From the NCBI GenBank assembly GCA_963720465.1, contig OY970393.1, positions 2,144,001 to 2,208,000 of the forward strand: a DNA stretch of 64,000 nucleotides. The letters run 5' to 3'. Under the pieces are notes generated by a model. That model saw only the letters and a list, made by a program, of their open reading frames with translations. It had not been told where the DNA came from and made no database searches. A program made the translations under genes and the position numbers. Source of the DNA: Methanobacteriota archaeon (GTDB lineage Archaea > Halobacteriota > Bog-38 > Methanoflorentales > Methanoflorentaceae). Below are positions 22,150 through 32,160 of the stretch, one piece after another (within the stretch, counting starts at the first letter, position 1; every line of letters begins with the position of its first letter).

Positions 22150-22234
22150 TGCGGGGGGTGCGATTTGAACGCACGAACTCCTATGAGACTAGGCCCTCAA
22201 CCTAGCGCCTTTGACCAAGCTTGGCAACCCCCGC
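22150..22234 (-). tRNA. tRNA-Leu(GAG)
   Basis: GCGGGGG...CCCCCGCA; anticodon arm CTAGG-TTGAGGG-CCTAG; long variable arm. Confidence 0.95.
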
Positions 22235-23020
22235 CTATCCAAACGTTCCGAGGTACGTAGCTAATTCGCTGGCTCTGTTCATCAAAGCCTCAACTGACAT
22301 CGTCAGCAGATCTATGCAGCTCATTGACCCGTCTGACTCCGTATAGAACAAAAAGCGCTGCGGGTCGCCGGTGACTGAGATCGCGTGTGTGTCGCAGGCT
22401 TCGACGCACAAGTTGCAAAGGGTGCACTGAAGTTCGTCAGCGATGTGCACGGATCCGTTTTCGTACCGGATGATCCCCCTGGGGCAGGCGTCGACACATT
22501 CTTTACATCCGTTGCACTCTTGGACAGAAAACTTCGGCAAGTACTTGTAGCTTGTCGCGATTGCAGACTGAAATTTAGCGTGGTTTTTGGCGCTGTCTTT
22601 TCGTGCAATTGCTTCAAGCAGCAATTGTTGGCCCTCAAAAAGCTTTATGATGGGTATGTTGCCGTCGGCGGGAACCACTTCGGCATCAGCGGACGCTAAG
22701 TCCCTTGAGTAGACAGTGGCGGGCCCCTGCACGTTTAAGGTCATTGACACTTGACATTGAAAGCATCCTTCCCCGTTGCAGGAACACTCAGACGCGGAGA
22801 GATAGTGTTTCCCTCCTGTGAGGGGAATGAGCCCTAAACGAAGCGCAAGCATTTCGTCGAACAGGACTGACGTATTGTTGTAAAAGTTGACGTCATCGAT
22901 CGACATCGTTCGGACGTCAGCCATCATGCTCCGTCTAATGCTGTTCACGAGCGCTGGTGCCGTACCCGAAATTATGAAACGCGCACGTCTATCTGTAAGT
23001 TCTAGGAATTCTAAATCCAT
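22235..23020 (-). CDS. rpoD: RNA polymerase subunit Rpo3 (D) with ferredoxin-like Fe-S domain
   Basis: NSIRRSMM, DEMLALRLGLIPL, HAKF, two CxxCxxCxxxC motifs. Confidence 0.96.
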   Translation of the reverse strand: MDLEFLELTDRRARFIISGTAPALVNSIRRSMMADVRTMSIDDVNFYNNTSVLFDEMLALRLGLIPLTGGKHYLSASECSCNGEGCFQCQVSMTLNVQGPATVYSRDLASADAEVVPADGNIPIIKLFEGQQLLLEAIARKDSAKNHAKFQSAIATSYKYLPKFSVQECNGCKECVDACPRGIIRYENGSVHIADELQCTLCNLCVEACDTHAISVTGDPQRFLFYTESDGSMSCIDLLTMSVEALMNRASELATYLGTFG

Positions 23021-23032
23021 TGTATCAGAATG

Positions 23033-23422
23033 TCAGATTCTGCGTCCCCTTCTACCTCCGGGCGACCGCGTGCCGTCATGAGGGATAGGGGTTACATCCT
23101 CTATTCTCCCTATTTTTAATCCAGCCCTTGAAAGTGCCCTTATCGCAGCTTGTGCTCCCGGGCCGGGGCTCCGCTGTCCATTCCCGCCCGGGGCTCTAAC
23201 CCTTACGTGAACACCGAGGACGCCCTTATCCAATGCCTGTTCGGCTGCGCTCGTGGCAAGCTGCATGGCAGCATAAGGCGAACTTTCGTTGCGGTCTTGC
23301 TTGACTACCATGCCCCCTGATGATTTTGCTATGGTCTCGGCTCCACTAAGATCTGTAATGGTGATAATCGTATTATTGAACGATGCAAAGATATGGGCAA
23401 TTCCCCACTTTCGCTCGGCCAT
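23033..23422 (-). CDS. rps11: 30S ribosomal protein uS11
   Basis: [27 protein letters not shown]. Confidence 0.99.
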   Translation of the reverse strand: MAERKWGIAHIFASFNNTIITITDLSGAETIAKSSGGMVVKQDRNESSPYAAMQLATSAAEQALDKGVLGVHVRVRAPGGNGQRSPGPGAQAAIRALSRAGLKIGRIEDVTPIPHDGTRSPGGRRGRRI

Positions 23423-23430
23423 AATCTATG

Positions 23431-23973
23431 TCACGCTCCGTCGCTCGCTCGCTCCTCGGAACCGTCGACTTCGCGGAGCGGAGATCCGACGTAGTATCCG
23501 ATGAGCGCTTGCTCACTTATGGGTAGAACGTAGCTTGGAACGGTTACTCTACGTCCTGCGACTGCGATATGTCCGTGGACAATAAGTTGCCTGGCGTGCT
23601 TGGCAGAATTGGCTAAACCTTGCTTGTGGACTTGGGTTTGTAGCCGCCTCTCCATTAAATCCTCACTCGCCAAGGTGAGCACGTCGTCCAGAGATGAGTC
23701 ATATTTGATCAGACCTATACGTTTTAATCTGTCGAGGAATCGTTGCGTCTCAAACTTCGCATGCTCGCCACGCTCACCAACCTCTTGAATGTCGAAGAGC
23801 AATTTCCGCGCCTCACGTCGATACTTCCTCAACGTCGTGGCGACTTTCCAGACTTCTCTTTTGTTTTTCAAACCGTAACTTCTTACGAGCTCGGCTTCTT
23901 CGCCGATCCTTGCTCCCTGCCATGGGTGACTGGGCCTATCAAACGTTTTTCTGCTTTTGCCAGGATACCCCAT
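23431..23973 (-). CDS. rps4: 30S ribosomal protein uS4
   Basis: YGLKNKREVW, ERRLQT, ARQLIVHGHI. Confidence 0.98.
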   Translation of the reverse strand: MGYPGKSRKTFDRPSHPWQGARIGEEAELVRSYGLKNKREVWKVATTLRKYRREARKLLFDIQEVGERGEHAKFETQRFLDRLKRIGLIKYDSSLDDVLTLASEDLMERRLQTQVHKQGLANSAKHARQLIVHGHIAVAGRRVTVPSYVLPISEQALIGYYVGSPLREVDGSEERASDGA

Positions 23974-23991
23974 TTCTCGCACCTTCTTTAA

Positions 23992-24498
23992 TTACCGCTT
24001 TTTGCGTTGTACGCCTACCGTCGCACCCCTACGTCCTGTCGATTTGGTCCTCTGACCGCGGACTTTATGTCCTCTTTCGTGGCGAATCCCTGCGTAGCTT
24101 CGGGTCTTTTTCATTCGATTCAGATCTTCGCGAAGCGCAATATCTAGTTGAGAGCCTAATAGGTGTTGGTCTTCGCCGGTGACGGGACTTTTCTGGTAGT
24201 TGAACATCCAAGCCGGAATATGTCGATCAAAACTAGCGACAGAATCCCTCAGCCTTTCTATTTGCTCATCGTCCAGATAGCCCATAGTATCTTTAGGGTT
24301 TACGTTGGCGCTTTGAGTCAGAATTCGCGCCGTTCGTATACCTACGCCTTTCAAACCTGTGAGTGCGTACTGGACTGCTTTTTTTCCATCCAGATCCGTT
24401 TGCGCAATTCTTACTATGTACTTGATCTCGTCGTGTTCTGGCTGTTCCTTGTCACCCTTGGGCACGTCATTACCTCGCGTGTGTGGCATTTTAACCAA
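23992..24498 (-). CDS. rps13: 30S ribosomal protein uS13
   Basis: VRIAQTDLDG, YAGIRHERGHKVRGQRTKSTGR; exact start uncertain. Confidence 0.97.
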   Translation of the reverse strand: MVKMPHTRGNDVPKGDKEQPEHDEIKYIVRIAQTDLDGKKAVQYALTGLKGVGIRTARILTQSANVNPKDTMGYLDDEQIERLRDSVASFDRHIPAWMFNYQKSPVTGEDQHLLGSQLDIALREDLNRMKKTRSYAGIRHERGHKVRGQRTKSTGRRGATVGVQRKKR

Positions 24499-24589
24499 TC
24501 ATCGTATTTATAACTAGCACGCTGAATGAGCTTTTTTGCGATAGCTCGAAGGATCGGCGCAGCTTCACGGAAACTGAGCCCACAGAAAG

Positions 24590-24676
24590 CGCTGGGGGTG
24601 GGATTTGAACCCACGAGTCCCGGTGGGACACTGGTTTAGCAAACCAGCGCCGTAGACCAAGCTTGGCTACCCCAAC
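24590..24676 (-). tRNA. tRNA-Ser(GCT)
   Basis: GTTGGGG...CCCCAGCG; anticodon arm CTGGT-TTGCTAA-ACCAG; long variable arm. Confidence 0.95.
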
Positions 24677-24680
24677 AGCG

Positions 24681-24992
24681 GGTGTGGGCACACAGAAAGG
24701 TCGTCATTCCGCAGCCTGTCAGAGCTCCCAACTCATTCTCTATCCCGCGACCCTCCGAGCGTCACGCGTCCGCGATAGGTTTGCTCCCTTCCGGGCCTGA
24801 ACCGGTGCTCACGGTGAGCGCGTGCCGCTGGTTCTCCAATCAGTAACACACGGCCGTTGACCCCGCAGGACGGAATTTCATTGTCTGAATTGTAAGATGG
24901 TCAAACTGCCAAAATGCCTTCCTTCTGTTTCGCTCCCCACTTGTCGACGTTTTTGGGTTACAGAGGACGCCGAGCCATCCGAGCTAGCCCAG
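24681..24992 (-). ncRNA. ffs: Archaeal SRP (7S) RNA
   Basis: Helix 8 TCAGGCCCGGAAGGGAGCA, Alu-domain GGGCTAG...CTGTAACCC, about 310 nt; ends approximate. Confidence 0.92.
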
Positions 24993-25097
24993 TTATCATG
25001 TGGCAACTAATGTCCATAAAATTATCGCTGAACTTGCTTGCAAATGTCGCTGCGCCCCTTTGTCAACTTGATTAGCTCAATGTTTCAGATCGCTGGG

Positions 25098-26510
25098 CTA
25101 GCCCTTAATGACTCCCATGGGGGTGAGCCGCGCAACGGCTTCTGAGATACCGAGCTTTGAAACGACGTTGATTACCTCGTCTATCGGCTTGTACGCCTCT
25201 GGTGCTTCTTCTGGCACTGACGAAAGATCATCAGTTTTTATCGCGATGTGTTTTCGCTGCAGACCCTCTGTAACGCCTCTCCAAGTCAAAGAGCGTCTTG
25301 CAGCTTTCCGGCTGAGAACTCGACCTGCCCCGTGGCACGTTGATCCGAAGGTGGTACTCATTGCTTTTTTGGTGCCGTGCAGAACGTAAGAGGCAGTCCC
25401 CATGCTGCCTGGGATAAGCACCGGCTGTTCGATTCCATAACTTGCATCCTTATCGAATGCTCTTGTGGCGCCTTTGCGGTGCACGTACACCTCTTTGCGT
25501 CTTCCGTCGATCGTATGTTTTTCTAGCTTTGCAATATTGTGCGCCACATCGTATACGAGGGTTGCAGTTGTGTTGAACTGCTGCTCCAGAACGTCTCGTA
25601 CCCAATAGGACATTACTTGCCTATTTGTCCACGCGTAGTTGGCAGCTGCTGCCATTGCGCTGAAGTAGTCTCGTGCTTCTTGTGAGTCTGCAGGAACGCA
25701 CGCTAGTTGCTTATCGGGGAGTTCGATAGAATATTTGCGACTCGCTGCTTGAAACATTTTCAAGTAGTCAGTGCAGATTTGATGGCCAGCCCCCCGTGAT
25801 CCCGAATGAAGCATTATGCAAACTTGCTGTTCTTTCAAACCAAACAAATCTGCGGCCTTCTTATCAATGACGCGATCAACGCATTGAATCTCTAAAAAGT
25901 GGTTTCCACTTCCTAGACTTCCAAGCTGGGGTTTGCCCCTCTTTTTTGCCAGCGGACTGACTTTTATAGGATTTGCACCATCTAAGCAGCCGTTGCTCTC
26001 GCAGTGCTTCAGATCTGCAGGGTTTCCGTATCCCTCATTAACGGCCCACTTTGCCCCACCCAAGAACACGCCGTCAAGCTCTTTTTCGGAGAGCCGCAGC
26101 TGTCCCTTCGAGCCAAGTCCCGACGGAATTGCTTCAAATAGTGCTGTTGTCAGCTCATTAATTCTTGGCTCAATTTCTTCCTTGAACAAGGTCGTCACCA
26201 GGAGCCTAGTGCCGCAGTTGATATCGAACCCAACACCTCCTGGTGAGAGGATGCCTTCGCTAACGTCGAACGCGGCAACGCCGCCGATTGGAAAACCATA
26301 CCCCGTGTGCACATCAGGCATCGCAAGCGACCATTTCTGGATTCCGGGAAGCGTCGCGACATTCGCGACTTGTTGTATCGCGCCTCTCTCGAGGTATTTC
26401 ATAAGGACTTCTGACAAAAAGATTCGACCAGGGACACGCATCCTTAGCGCTGCGTCCTGCGGCACTTCCCAAACATACTCGCCTCGCTTGACCAATTCTT
26501 CGAACGCCAT
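25098..26510 (-). CDS. rtcB: tRNA-splicing ligase RtcB
   Basis: MPDVHTGYGFPIGGV, GFDINCG, GSGNHFLE, HSGSRG, HGAGR; no intein. Confidence 0.97.
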   Translation of the reverse strand: MAFEELVKRGEYVWEVPQDAALRMRVPGRIFLSEVLMKYLERGAIQQVANVATLPGIQKWSLAMPDVHTGYGFPIGGVAAFDVSEGILSPGGVGFDINCGTRLLVTTLFKEEIEPRINELTTALFEAIPSGLGSKGQLRLSEKELDGVFLGGAKWAVNEGYGNPADLKHCESNGCLDGANPIKVSPLAKKRGKPQLGSLGSGNHFLEIQCVDRVIDKKAADLFGLKEQQVCIMLHSGSRGAGHQICTDYLKMFQAASRKYSIELPDKQLACVPADSQEARDYFSAMAAAANYAWTNRQVMSYWVRDVLEQQFNTTATLVYDVAHNIAKLEKHTIDGRRKEVYVHRKGATRAFDKDASYGIEQPVLIPGSMGTASYVLHGTKKAMSTTFGSTCHGAGRVLSRKAARRSLTWRGVTEGLQRKHIAIKTDDLSSVPEEAPEAYKPIDEVINVVSKLGISEAVARLTPMGVIKG

Positions 26511-26518
26511 CGAACCTC

Positions 26519-26929
26519 CTATACGTCGAGCGTTACCTCTGTGTGATAGATGTCATTTTTCGTGACTGCTAGATTGTGATATGTCACGGCCTTTACTTCT
26601 GCGTTTAGTCTATGCCTGTTTAGATCTAATCTTTCGCCTAGACAGTCAGCAGTTAACGAGAAACCCACAATGCTGACGAAGCATTTCTTAACAGCAAAGC
26701 GCTCGACTTCAAACGTGATCAGGAGTTCCGAAAGCCAGTCGTAAAGCAAGTTTTCGTAAGAGTCGGAACTCATCTCTATGGTTAAAATCTTTCCTGATGC
26801 CACTTCATCGAGGATAACCATTGTGTCTTCGAGAGCTTCAGCTGCATTTTCGAATAGCTCGTTTAAGTCTCTTCCATACGCTTTAAAAGTTACATCGGCT
26901 GTGTGCTCTAGAAACTCGTATTTTTGCAT
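26519..26929 (-). CDS. Archease
   Basis: EHTAD, EVKAVTYH, C-terminal DV; adjacent to rtcB. Confidence 0.95.
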   Translation of the reverse strand: MQKYEFLEHTADVTFKAYGRDLNELFENAAEALEDTMVILDEVASGKILTIEMSSDSYENLLYDWLSELLITFEVERFAVKKCFVSIVGFSLTADCLGERLDLNRHRLNAEVKAVTYHNLAVTKNDIYHTEVTLDV

Positions 26930-26991
26930 GCAGCTGTCGCATACGATATGAACCAGATATTAATATAATATTGGTCAATTATGGCTAGTCG

Positions 26992-27657
26992 ATGAGACCA
27001 TATGTCTTTATTAATTCAGCAATGAGCGCCGACGGCAAGATTTCCACAGTAGCAAGAAAACAGGTGCGCATTTCTGGTGAAGACGACCTCAGGCGAGTTG
27101 ATGCGCTAAAAGCGAACGTTGATGCTGTCATGATTGGGGTCGGGACCGTTCTTGCGGACGATCCGAAGCTTACGATAAAGTCGGTGGTACTCAAGCGCAA
27201 GCGAGTGGACCAGGGGAGAAGTGAAAATCCGCTGCGAGTAGTGGTCGATAGCAGCGCACGAACGCCGGCGACCGCGGCCGTTTTGGGACCAAATGCACTT
27301 ATAGCGACGTCGCAACAGGCCCCACGTTATAGGGTAGAAGAGCTCGAAACAAAGGCTGAAATAGTCGTTGTCGGAGAGAGCAAAGTAGACCTCACTGCGC
27401 TGCTTGGGCGTTTGAAGGATCGGGGCGTCGAATCCCTCTTGGTTGAGGGTGGCGCAACGCTCAATTTCGCCCTTCTAAGTTTAGGCTTAGTCGATGAGAT
27501 TTACACATACGTAGGCAACATTATTATTGGGGGCAGTGCAGCGCCAACGCTGGTCGATGGGGAGGGCCTGACTAATGGCTTTGTTAAGCTGAATCTGCGA
27601 GAAATCCGTCAAATCGGCGACGGCGTGCTCATCAAGTGGAGAGTCGCGGGTTTTTGA
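26992..27657 (+). CDS. arfC: 2,5-diamino-6-ribosylamino-4(3H)-pyrimidinone 5'-phosphate reductase (RibD C-terminal type)
   Basis: AMSADGKI, GVGTVLADDPKLT, VEGGATLN. Confidence 0.92.
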   Translation: MRPYVFINSAMSADGKISTVARKQVRISGEDDLRRVDALKANVDAVMIGVGTVLADDPKLTIKSVVLKRKRVDQGRSENPLRVVVDSSARTPATAAVLGPNALIATSQQAPRYRVEELETKAEIVVVGESKVDLTALLGRLKDRGVESLLVEGGATLNFALLSLGLVDEIYTYVGNIIIGGSAAPTLVDGEGLTNGFVKLNLREIRQIGDGVLIKWRVAGF

Positions 27658-27666
27658 CCTCGACAT

Positions 27667-28710
27667 TCATTGTGCCTCTTGAGCGCCCCCTTCAACTGCT
27701 CCTTCCACTACTGGTCGATCTTGCAGAACCTTTATGCTCACTAGCCCACCTACGACGATATTTAGATAGTAAGTAATCACTCTCCAGCCTAGGATGAAGA
27801 TGCCGAGAATTGATGTGCTCACAAAGGCTGAATAAATCGCCGCAGTGCTCACTTCGGCTATGCCGCTGTTTCCCGGCGTGAGTGGAATCATGGCGATCAT
27901 CATTAGAACTGTTTGGGCAGAAAAGGACGCTAAAATCCACGGCTGAGCTCCTAGGCCGACGAGAATAAGCGAAGCAATGGTAAACTGCAGAAGCCAAAAC
28001 GCCATCGTAAAAAGAAAACCTTTGGCCAAAGCTCGTCGTTCATCCTTCAAGTATCGCATAGAGCTATTGTGAAAAACATCGACCTCTCGCAAAGCCTTTT
28101 GCATGGCTCTGTCAGCCTTGTCAACACCTCTCACTTTGATGAACAGCCACCGTACTCTTGTCACCATAGACTTCACTTTTCTTGGCTTTGCCATAACGTA
28201 GAGCAGGATGAAAAAGAGTAAGCCGAAAACTATGGCCGCGACCCCGAAAAGGGCTATGAGCCCGGGCGTACTCTGCACGTACCGGGTAAATAGCAGAAAT
28301 GCGATCGGGGCGGCTATGCCTAAGAAAAGCGCATCCAGCATTCTTTCTCCGAGGACGACCGCAGAGGCATCCCCCACGGACAGCTTGCAACCTCGCAAGA
28401 GCTGAACTCTGGTAACTTCTCCACCGGCGTGTCCGGGAGTGATTGCCGCGGCAAAAAGATTTGACAAGACGATCTCGACCGATTTTCTAAACGAGAGCTC
28501 GCCTCCTACCGCTTCTGCCATGGTCTTCATTCGGGCGCCCCAGACGAGCCACGAACCGAACTGAAAGATCAATGCGGCGGCCAAGAAGGCTGGGTGAATT
28601 TGTATAAGGCTTCGTAGCTGGCCCGGCGTGATCGTGTAAAATAGGAGCGCTAGGATCGAAATTATACTGAACGTCAGTGAAATCGCAAGCCACCTTCGCA
28701 AGCCGTTCAA
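27667..28710 (-). CDS. Flippase-like protein (UPF0104 / lysylphosphatidylglycerol synthase TM region)
   Basis: TPGHAGGE, ERMLD, PLTPGNSGIAE, WRVITYY; multiple TM helices. Confidence 0.88.
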   Translation of the reverse strand: MNGLRRWLAISLTFSIISILALLFYTITPGQLRSLIQIHPAFLAAALIFQFGSWLVWGARMKTMAEAVGGELSFRKSVEIVLSNLFAAAITPGHAGGEVTRVQLLRGCKLSVGDASAVVLGERMLDALFLGIAAPIAFLLFTRYVQSTPGLIALFGVAAIVFGLLFFILLYVMAKPRKVKSMVTRVRWLFIKVRGVDKADRAMQKALREVDVFHNSSMRYLKDERRALAKGFLFTMAFWLLQFTIASLILVGLGAQPWILASFSAQTVLMMIAMIPLTPGNSGIAEVSTAAIYSAFVSTSILGIFILGWRVITYYLNIVVGGLVSIKVLQDRPVVEGAVEGGAQEAQ

Positions 28711-28730
28711 GATCTACCCCCTGTCAATAG

Positions 28731-29708
28731 TTAGACTTCTGACCTGGCTACCCCGGTCCACTCGCACTTGCGGGAAGTTAGATGCTGTCCGACGGCCACG
28801 GTCCCACAGAGCGTCATCAAGCAGGCGTACCCAGATAAGCCGAGCAGGATCTTAAATGATTCCGATATGCTCTCACTTTCTACCATTACTGCTCTGGAAT
28901 ATATGAAAACAAAAGGAGCTAATAAGTATGAGAAAAATGGGATGGTTAGCGAGCCCAGCCACGTCACTTTTACTGAGGTAGGAACGCGGGCGACAAACAT
29001 TGGACCAAGATACTTTCGAAGCCCCTCGACAGCACCGCGGAACCATCGAACTCTTTGATTGTACAAGTCCTGAATGGAAGTAGGAGCCTGTTCCCCTACT
29101 TTCGTCGTGGCGAGTACTGTACGGTTCCCCGAGAGGTATATCTTCTCGCTTATATCTAGATCCTCACACGAACAACGTTCATCAAAACCTGTCGTCCTCA
29201 TAAAGGGTGCTTTTGACACGCCTATCGCGCCGTTGAACTGAATGAAGCCGCTTGACCACCTGAAAAAACGGTAGATGTCACAGAAAAACTTGTATTCGAT
29301 TGAAACGATCTTGGTAAGGGTGTTTCCCTTATTAGTCACGTAGCGGCAGCCACTGGCAAGCACCACGTCGCTCGTCGCCGTGAGTTCGCGCACACACTCC
29401 TCCAAAAAATCAGCGTTGGGTCGGCTATCGACATCGAAGAGCGCAATGCAGTCTGCGCCCTCTGTCACGTTCAGAATGTCGTTGATAGCGCCAGCCCGGC
29501 GGCCTCTGTTGCAATTTCTGATCACTATGTGGAAATGCGGCGGCATGAGTCCGTAGAGAGAGCTGTAATCTTTTCCGCTGCTGTCAATGACGTAGTACGC
29601 CTCAAAATCGAGATCATTGCAATCTAAAGCGCGGAGGCTCTCGATTGATTTTTCAATGAGTGAGTTCGGTTCGAACGGCGCGACTGGGATGATGGCGCAA
29701 ACTTTCAT
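28731..29708 (-). CDS. Glycosyltransferase family 2 (QxxRW type)
   Basis: RAGAIN, DVD, CED, QRVRW; C-terminal TM helices. Confidence 0.88.
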   Translation of the reverse strand: MKVCAIIPVAPFEPNSLIEKSIESLRALDCNDLDFEAYYVIDSSGKDYSSLYGLMPPHFHIVIRNCNRGRRAGAINDILNVTEGADCIALFDVDSRPNADFLEECVRELTATSDVVLASGCRYVTNKGNTLTKIVSIEYKFFCDIYRFFRWSSGFIQFNGAIGVSKAPFMRTTGFDERCSCEDLDISEKIYLSGNRTVLATTKVGEQAPTSIQDLYNQRVRWFRGAVEGLRKYLGPMFVARVPTSVKVTWLGSLTIPFFSYLLAPFVFIYSRAVMVESESISESFKILLGLSGYACLMTLCGTVAVGQHLTSRKCEWTGVARSEV

Positions 29709-29769
29709 CTCAGGAGAAAATTCGATTAACGTATATTAAGTCGTCGTTCTTGAAGCATCTTCTTCCGTT

Positions 29770-30897
29770 TCACGCGTCTGTCACATTCGCATAAAGATCA
29801 AGGACCTCTTGCGCAATGATTTTCCAGTCATATTTCTGTTCAACGCGCTTGCGACCGTTTTTACCCATTGATCTTGCGTTTGCAGGGTTTTCGAGAATCT
29901 CTAGAATGGCATTTGCAAGGGAAGAAGGATCTCGAGGCGTGACTAGCAAACCGCCTTCGCCAACGACGTCGAGCACGCCCGGAATTCTCGAAGCAATCAC
30001 TGGCGTTTCGCACGCCATCGCTTCTAAAAGAACCAACCCGAACGCCTCGAGGCGCGTAAAAGAGGGGAGGACTAGTGCGGAAGAGCTTGTGTAGAGCTTT
30101 AGAAGAGCGCCTCTTGATATGTGCCCACAGAATTTGATTCGATGTTCATAGCCTTTTGCGAGTTTTTTTAGTCGTTCTCGCTCTTCTCCATCGCCCACGA
30201 TTAAGAAAGTCGCGTCGCTTACTTGGCTTAGTACGATCTTGGCGGCTGTGACAAAATCATCAACGCCTTTCACGGAGCTCAATCGACCAACGAAGAGTAT
30301 CTGGCGTGCCCTCTTTTCACCGTTCAACCCGAGTAAATGTCTGTCAAAGGTCTCTAGTCTAATGCCATTCGGCACGATTTCATAGCGATAATCTCGCAGT
30401 ACGGAGGAGGTTCGCGCGTAAGATTCAGTTGTAGCGATTATCTGCGCGACGTTGTCGAGGATCGGCTTTGTATACACAGCCGTGTTGACTTCGTCCACAA
30501 GGCATTTACAGATGTTCGGAATTCTGAGATTTGCGATATTGTCGGGAATTTCGAGATCGCAGTGGTAAGTAAGCACGTGTGGAACGTGCGGCAGGCCTTT
30601 GACCACGCCGTAAGACATGAAAGGTGGAGGATAATGGGAATGTACGACATCGGCGCTGAACTGCGCAATGCGCCGCCGCAAGGCGTACATATACGGGATA
30701 TATGGCAGATCCATAGCCGGAAATCTGTACACAGGGAGTCCGCGCAAGACCTCATTTGGTCTAGACTTGGGGACTTCGGCGCACAAAACAACGACTTCGT
30801 GCCCTAGGTCCCGCAAGCTTTGCGAAAGCTCAAGACAGTGAGTTTCGACTCCACCGATGTGCGGATAGAAGTAAGAAGAGGCTTGAATTATTTTCAC
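29770..30897 (-). CDS. Glycosyltransferase family 4
   Basis: GGVE, PNGI, FVGRL..VKG, EAFGLVLLEAMA. Confidence 0.93.
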   Translation of the reverse strand: MKIIQASSYFYPHIGGVETHCLELSQSLRDLGHEVVVLCAEVPKSRPNEVLRGLPVYRFPAMDLPYIPYMYALRRRIAQFSADVVHSHYPPPFMSYGVVKGLPHVPHVLTYHCDLEIPDNIANLRIPNICKCLVDEVNTAVYTKPILDNVAQIIATTESYARTSSVLRDYRYEIVPNGIRLETFDRHLLGLNGEKRARQILFVGRLSSVKGVDDFVTAAKIVLSQVSDATFLIVGDGEERERLKKLAKGYEHRIKFCGHISRGALLKLYTSSSALVLPSFTRLEAFGLVLLEAMACETPVIASRIPGVLDVVGEGGLLVTPRDPSSLANAILEILENPANARSMGKNGRKRVEQKYDWKIIAQEVLDLYANVTDA

Positions 30898-31130
30898 GTG
30901 GATTCACGTTGAATGTGCGCGTGGCTGTTGAATAACTTATCGTGGAATCTCCATCCGCGCTGAGGCATTTTAATTTCGACTGTGGATCTCACGTCTCTTG
31001 AAAGATGTTTAGCAATGCCGAAACTAACGGGTTGTAGCGCGAGCACGCGCTGGCGTGGGACAGTACCTCGTGCGCACCTGATCGACAAGAGTTAAATAGC
31101 ACATTCGTCTTGTAGCTCAGTGTGCCATCG

Positions 31131-31699
31131 ATGAGCCGTTTTATAGCCGTGATATCGGTGCTGGCTGTTTTTTTGTTATAGCGAGCTCCTCTTTAGCGGT
31201 GGGCGTCAAAGCCCAAAATGAGGTGGCGTGGGTTTATGACTACCCGACAGGGATGAAAGCTGCGGCCGAGGAAAACAAGCCCGCGATGATATACATTCAC
31301 GAAGACTGGTGTCCTCGATGCAGAAACATGGATCAAAACACTTGGACGGATAGTGAAGTTATTCAACTTTCGTCGAACTTCGTGAACATAAACGTGGTCG
31401 GGACTCAACAGGGAACGCTATATAATTATAGCAAGCCCCCACTGATTGTTTTCACGGACCCTCAAGGAAGGGTCATTGTCGAACAAAACGCAGAACTGTC
31501 AGCTAGTCAGGTGACTGCCCTGCAACGGCAGGTGCTCGCACAAGAGCCGTCCTCGTCCCCTTCGGCGACAGGTAATCCTCCAACCACAAGCGTTTCGACC
31601 AAAGCCGCGGGGGTGCCCGGTTTTGAAGCCATCCCTGCAGTCGTTGGCATATCGACTATCGCGCTCGTGGTGTCGCGCATCCGTAAGAGCCCGCGATAA
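31131..31699 (+). pseudogene. Secreted thioredoxin-fold PGF-CTERM protein, frameshifted at a T7 tract between signal peptide and mature domain
   Basis: ATG 31131 encodes MSRFIAVISVLAVF then stops; the -1 frame continues into a WCPRC thioredoxin domain, S/T/P linker and VPGFE-TM-basic tail. Confidence 0.75.
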
Positions 31700-31900
31700 G
31701 CACTCCAAGCCCGGCGGACGCTCGTCTCAGGTTAAAGAGCCCGATCGACTGCTGTCCGCCAAAGCCTCGCGTACCAACGTTCGGTTCGATCTTTTCGGCC
31801 GTTGTGTTTCGGCCAGATGGTACGCCTCGGCCGCGCTTGCCCAGTGCTTGGCAACCTGTCAGCGCCAATGTTTAACTATGAATGAGCCATAGTACCTGCC

Positions 31901-32146
31901 ATGCTTTATCGCGCTGAGATCACCATTAAACTCAAGCACGGCATGCTTGATCCGGAAGCTACGACGATAAAAAGTGCTCTCAAGCATCTTGGATATGAGT
32001 GTCAATCGGTCAAACAATCAGCCGTCTACGAACTCGAACTCACGGCAGATTCCCGCGAGAACGCAACCGACCTCGTTAACGGAATGTGCCAACGGCTGCT
32101 CGCGAATCCCATCATACACGATTATGACATACGGATAACGAAATAG
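31901..32146 (+). CDS. purS: FGAM synthase subunit PurS
   Basis: LDPEA, CQRLLANPIIHDY. Confidence 0.95.
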   Translation: MLYRAEITIKLKHGMLDPEATTIKSALKHLGYECQSVKQSAVYELELTADSRENATDLVNGMCQRLLANPIIHDYDIRITK

Positions 32147-32160
32147 TCGAGAAGAGATAG

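Noticed and set aside
24414-24691. Two 66-aa ORFs upstream of rps13
   Set aside because: They overlap tRNA-Ser and are artefactual.
25098-26510. Intein in RtcB (aIF5B at 42782-44524 also checked)
   Set aside because: Lengths are normal and no intein splice motifs are present.
25933-26565. Long antisense ORFs (210 aa here; 207 aa at 36761-37384; 252 aa at 372-1130)
   Set aside because: Codon-mirror shadows of well-supported genes on the opposite strand.
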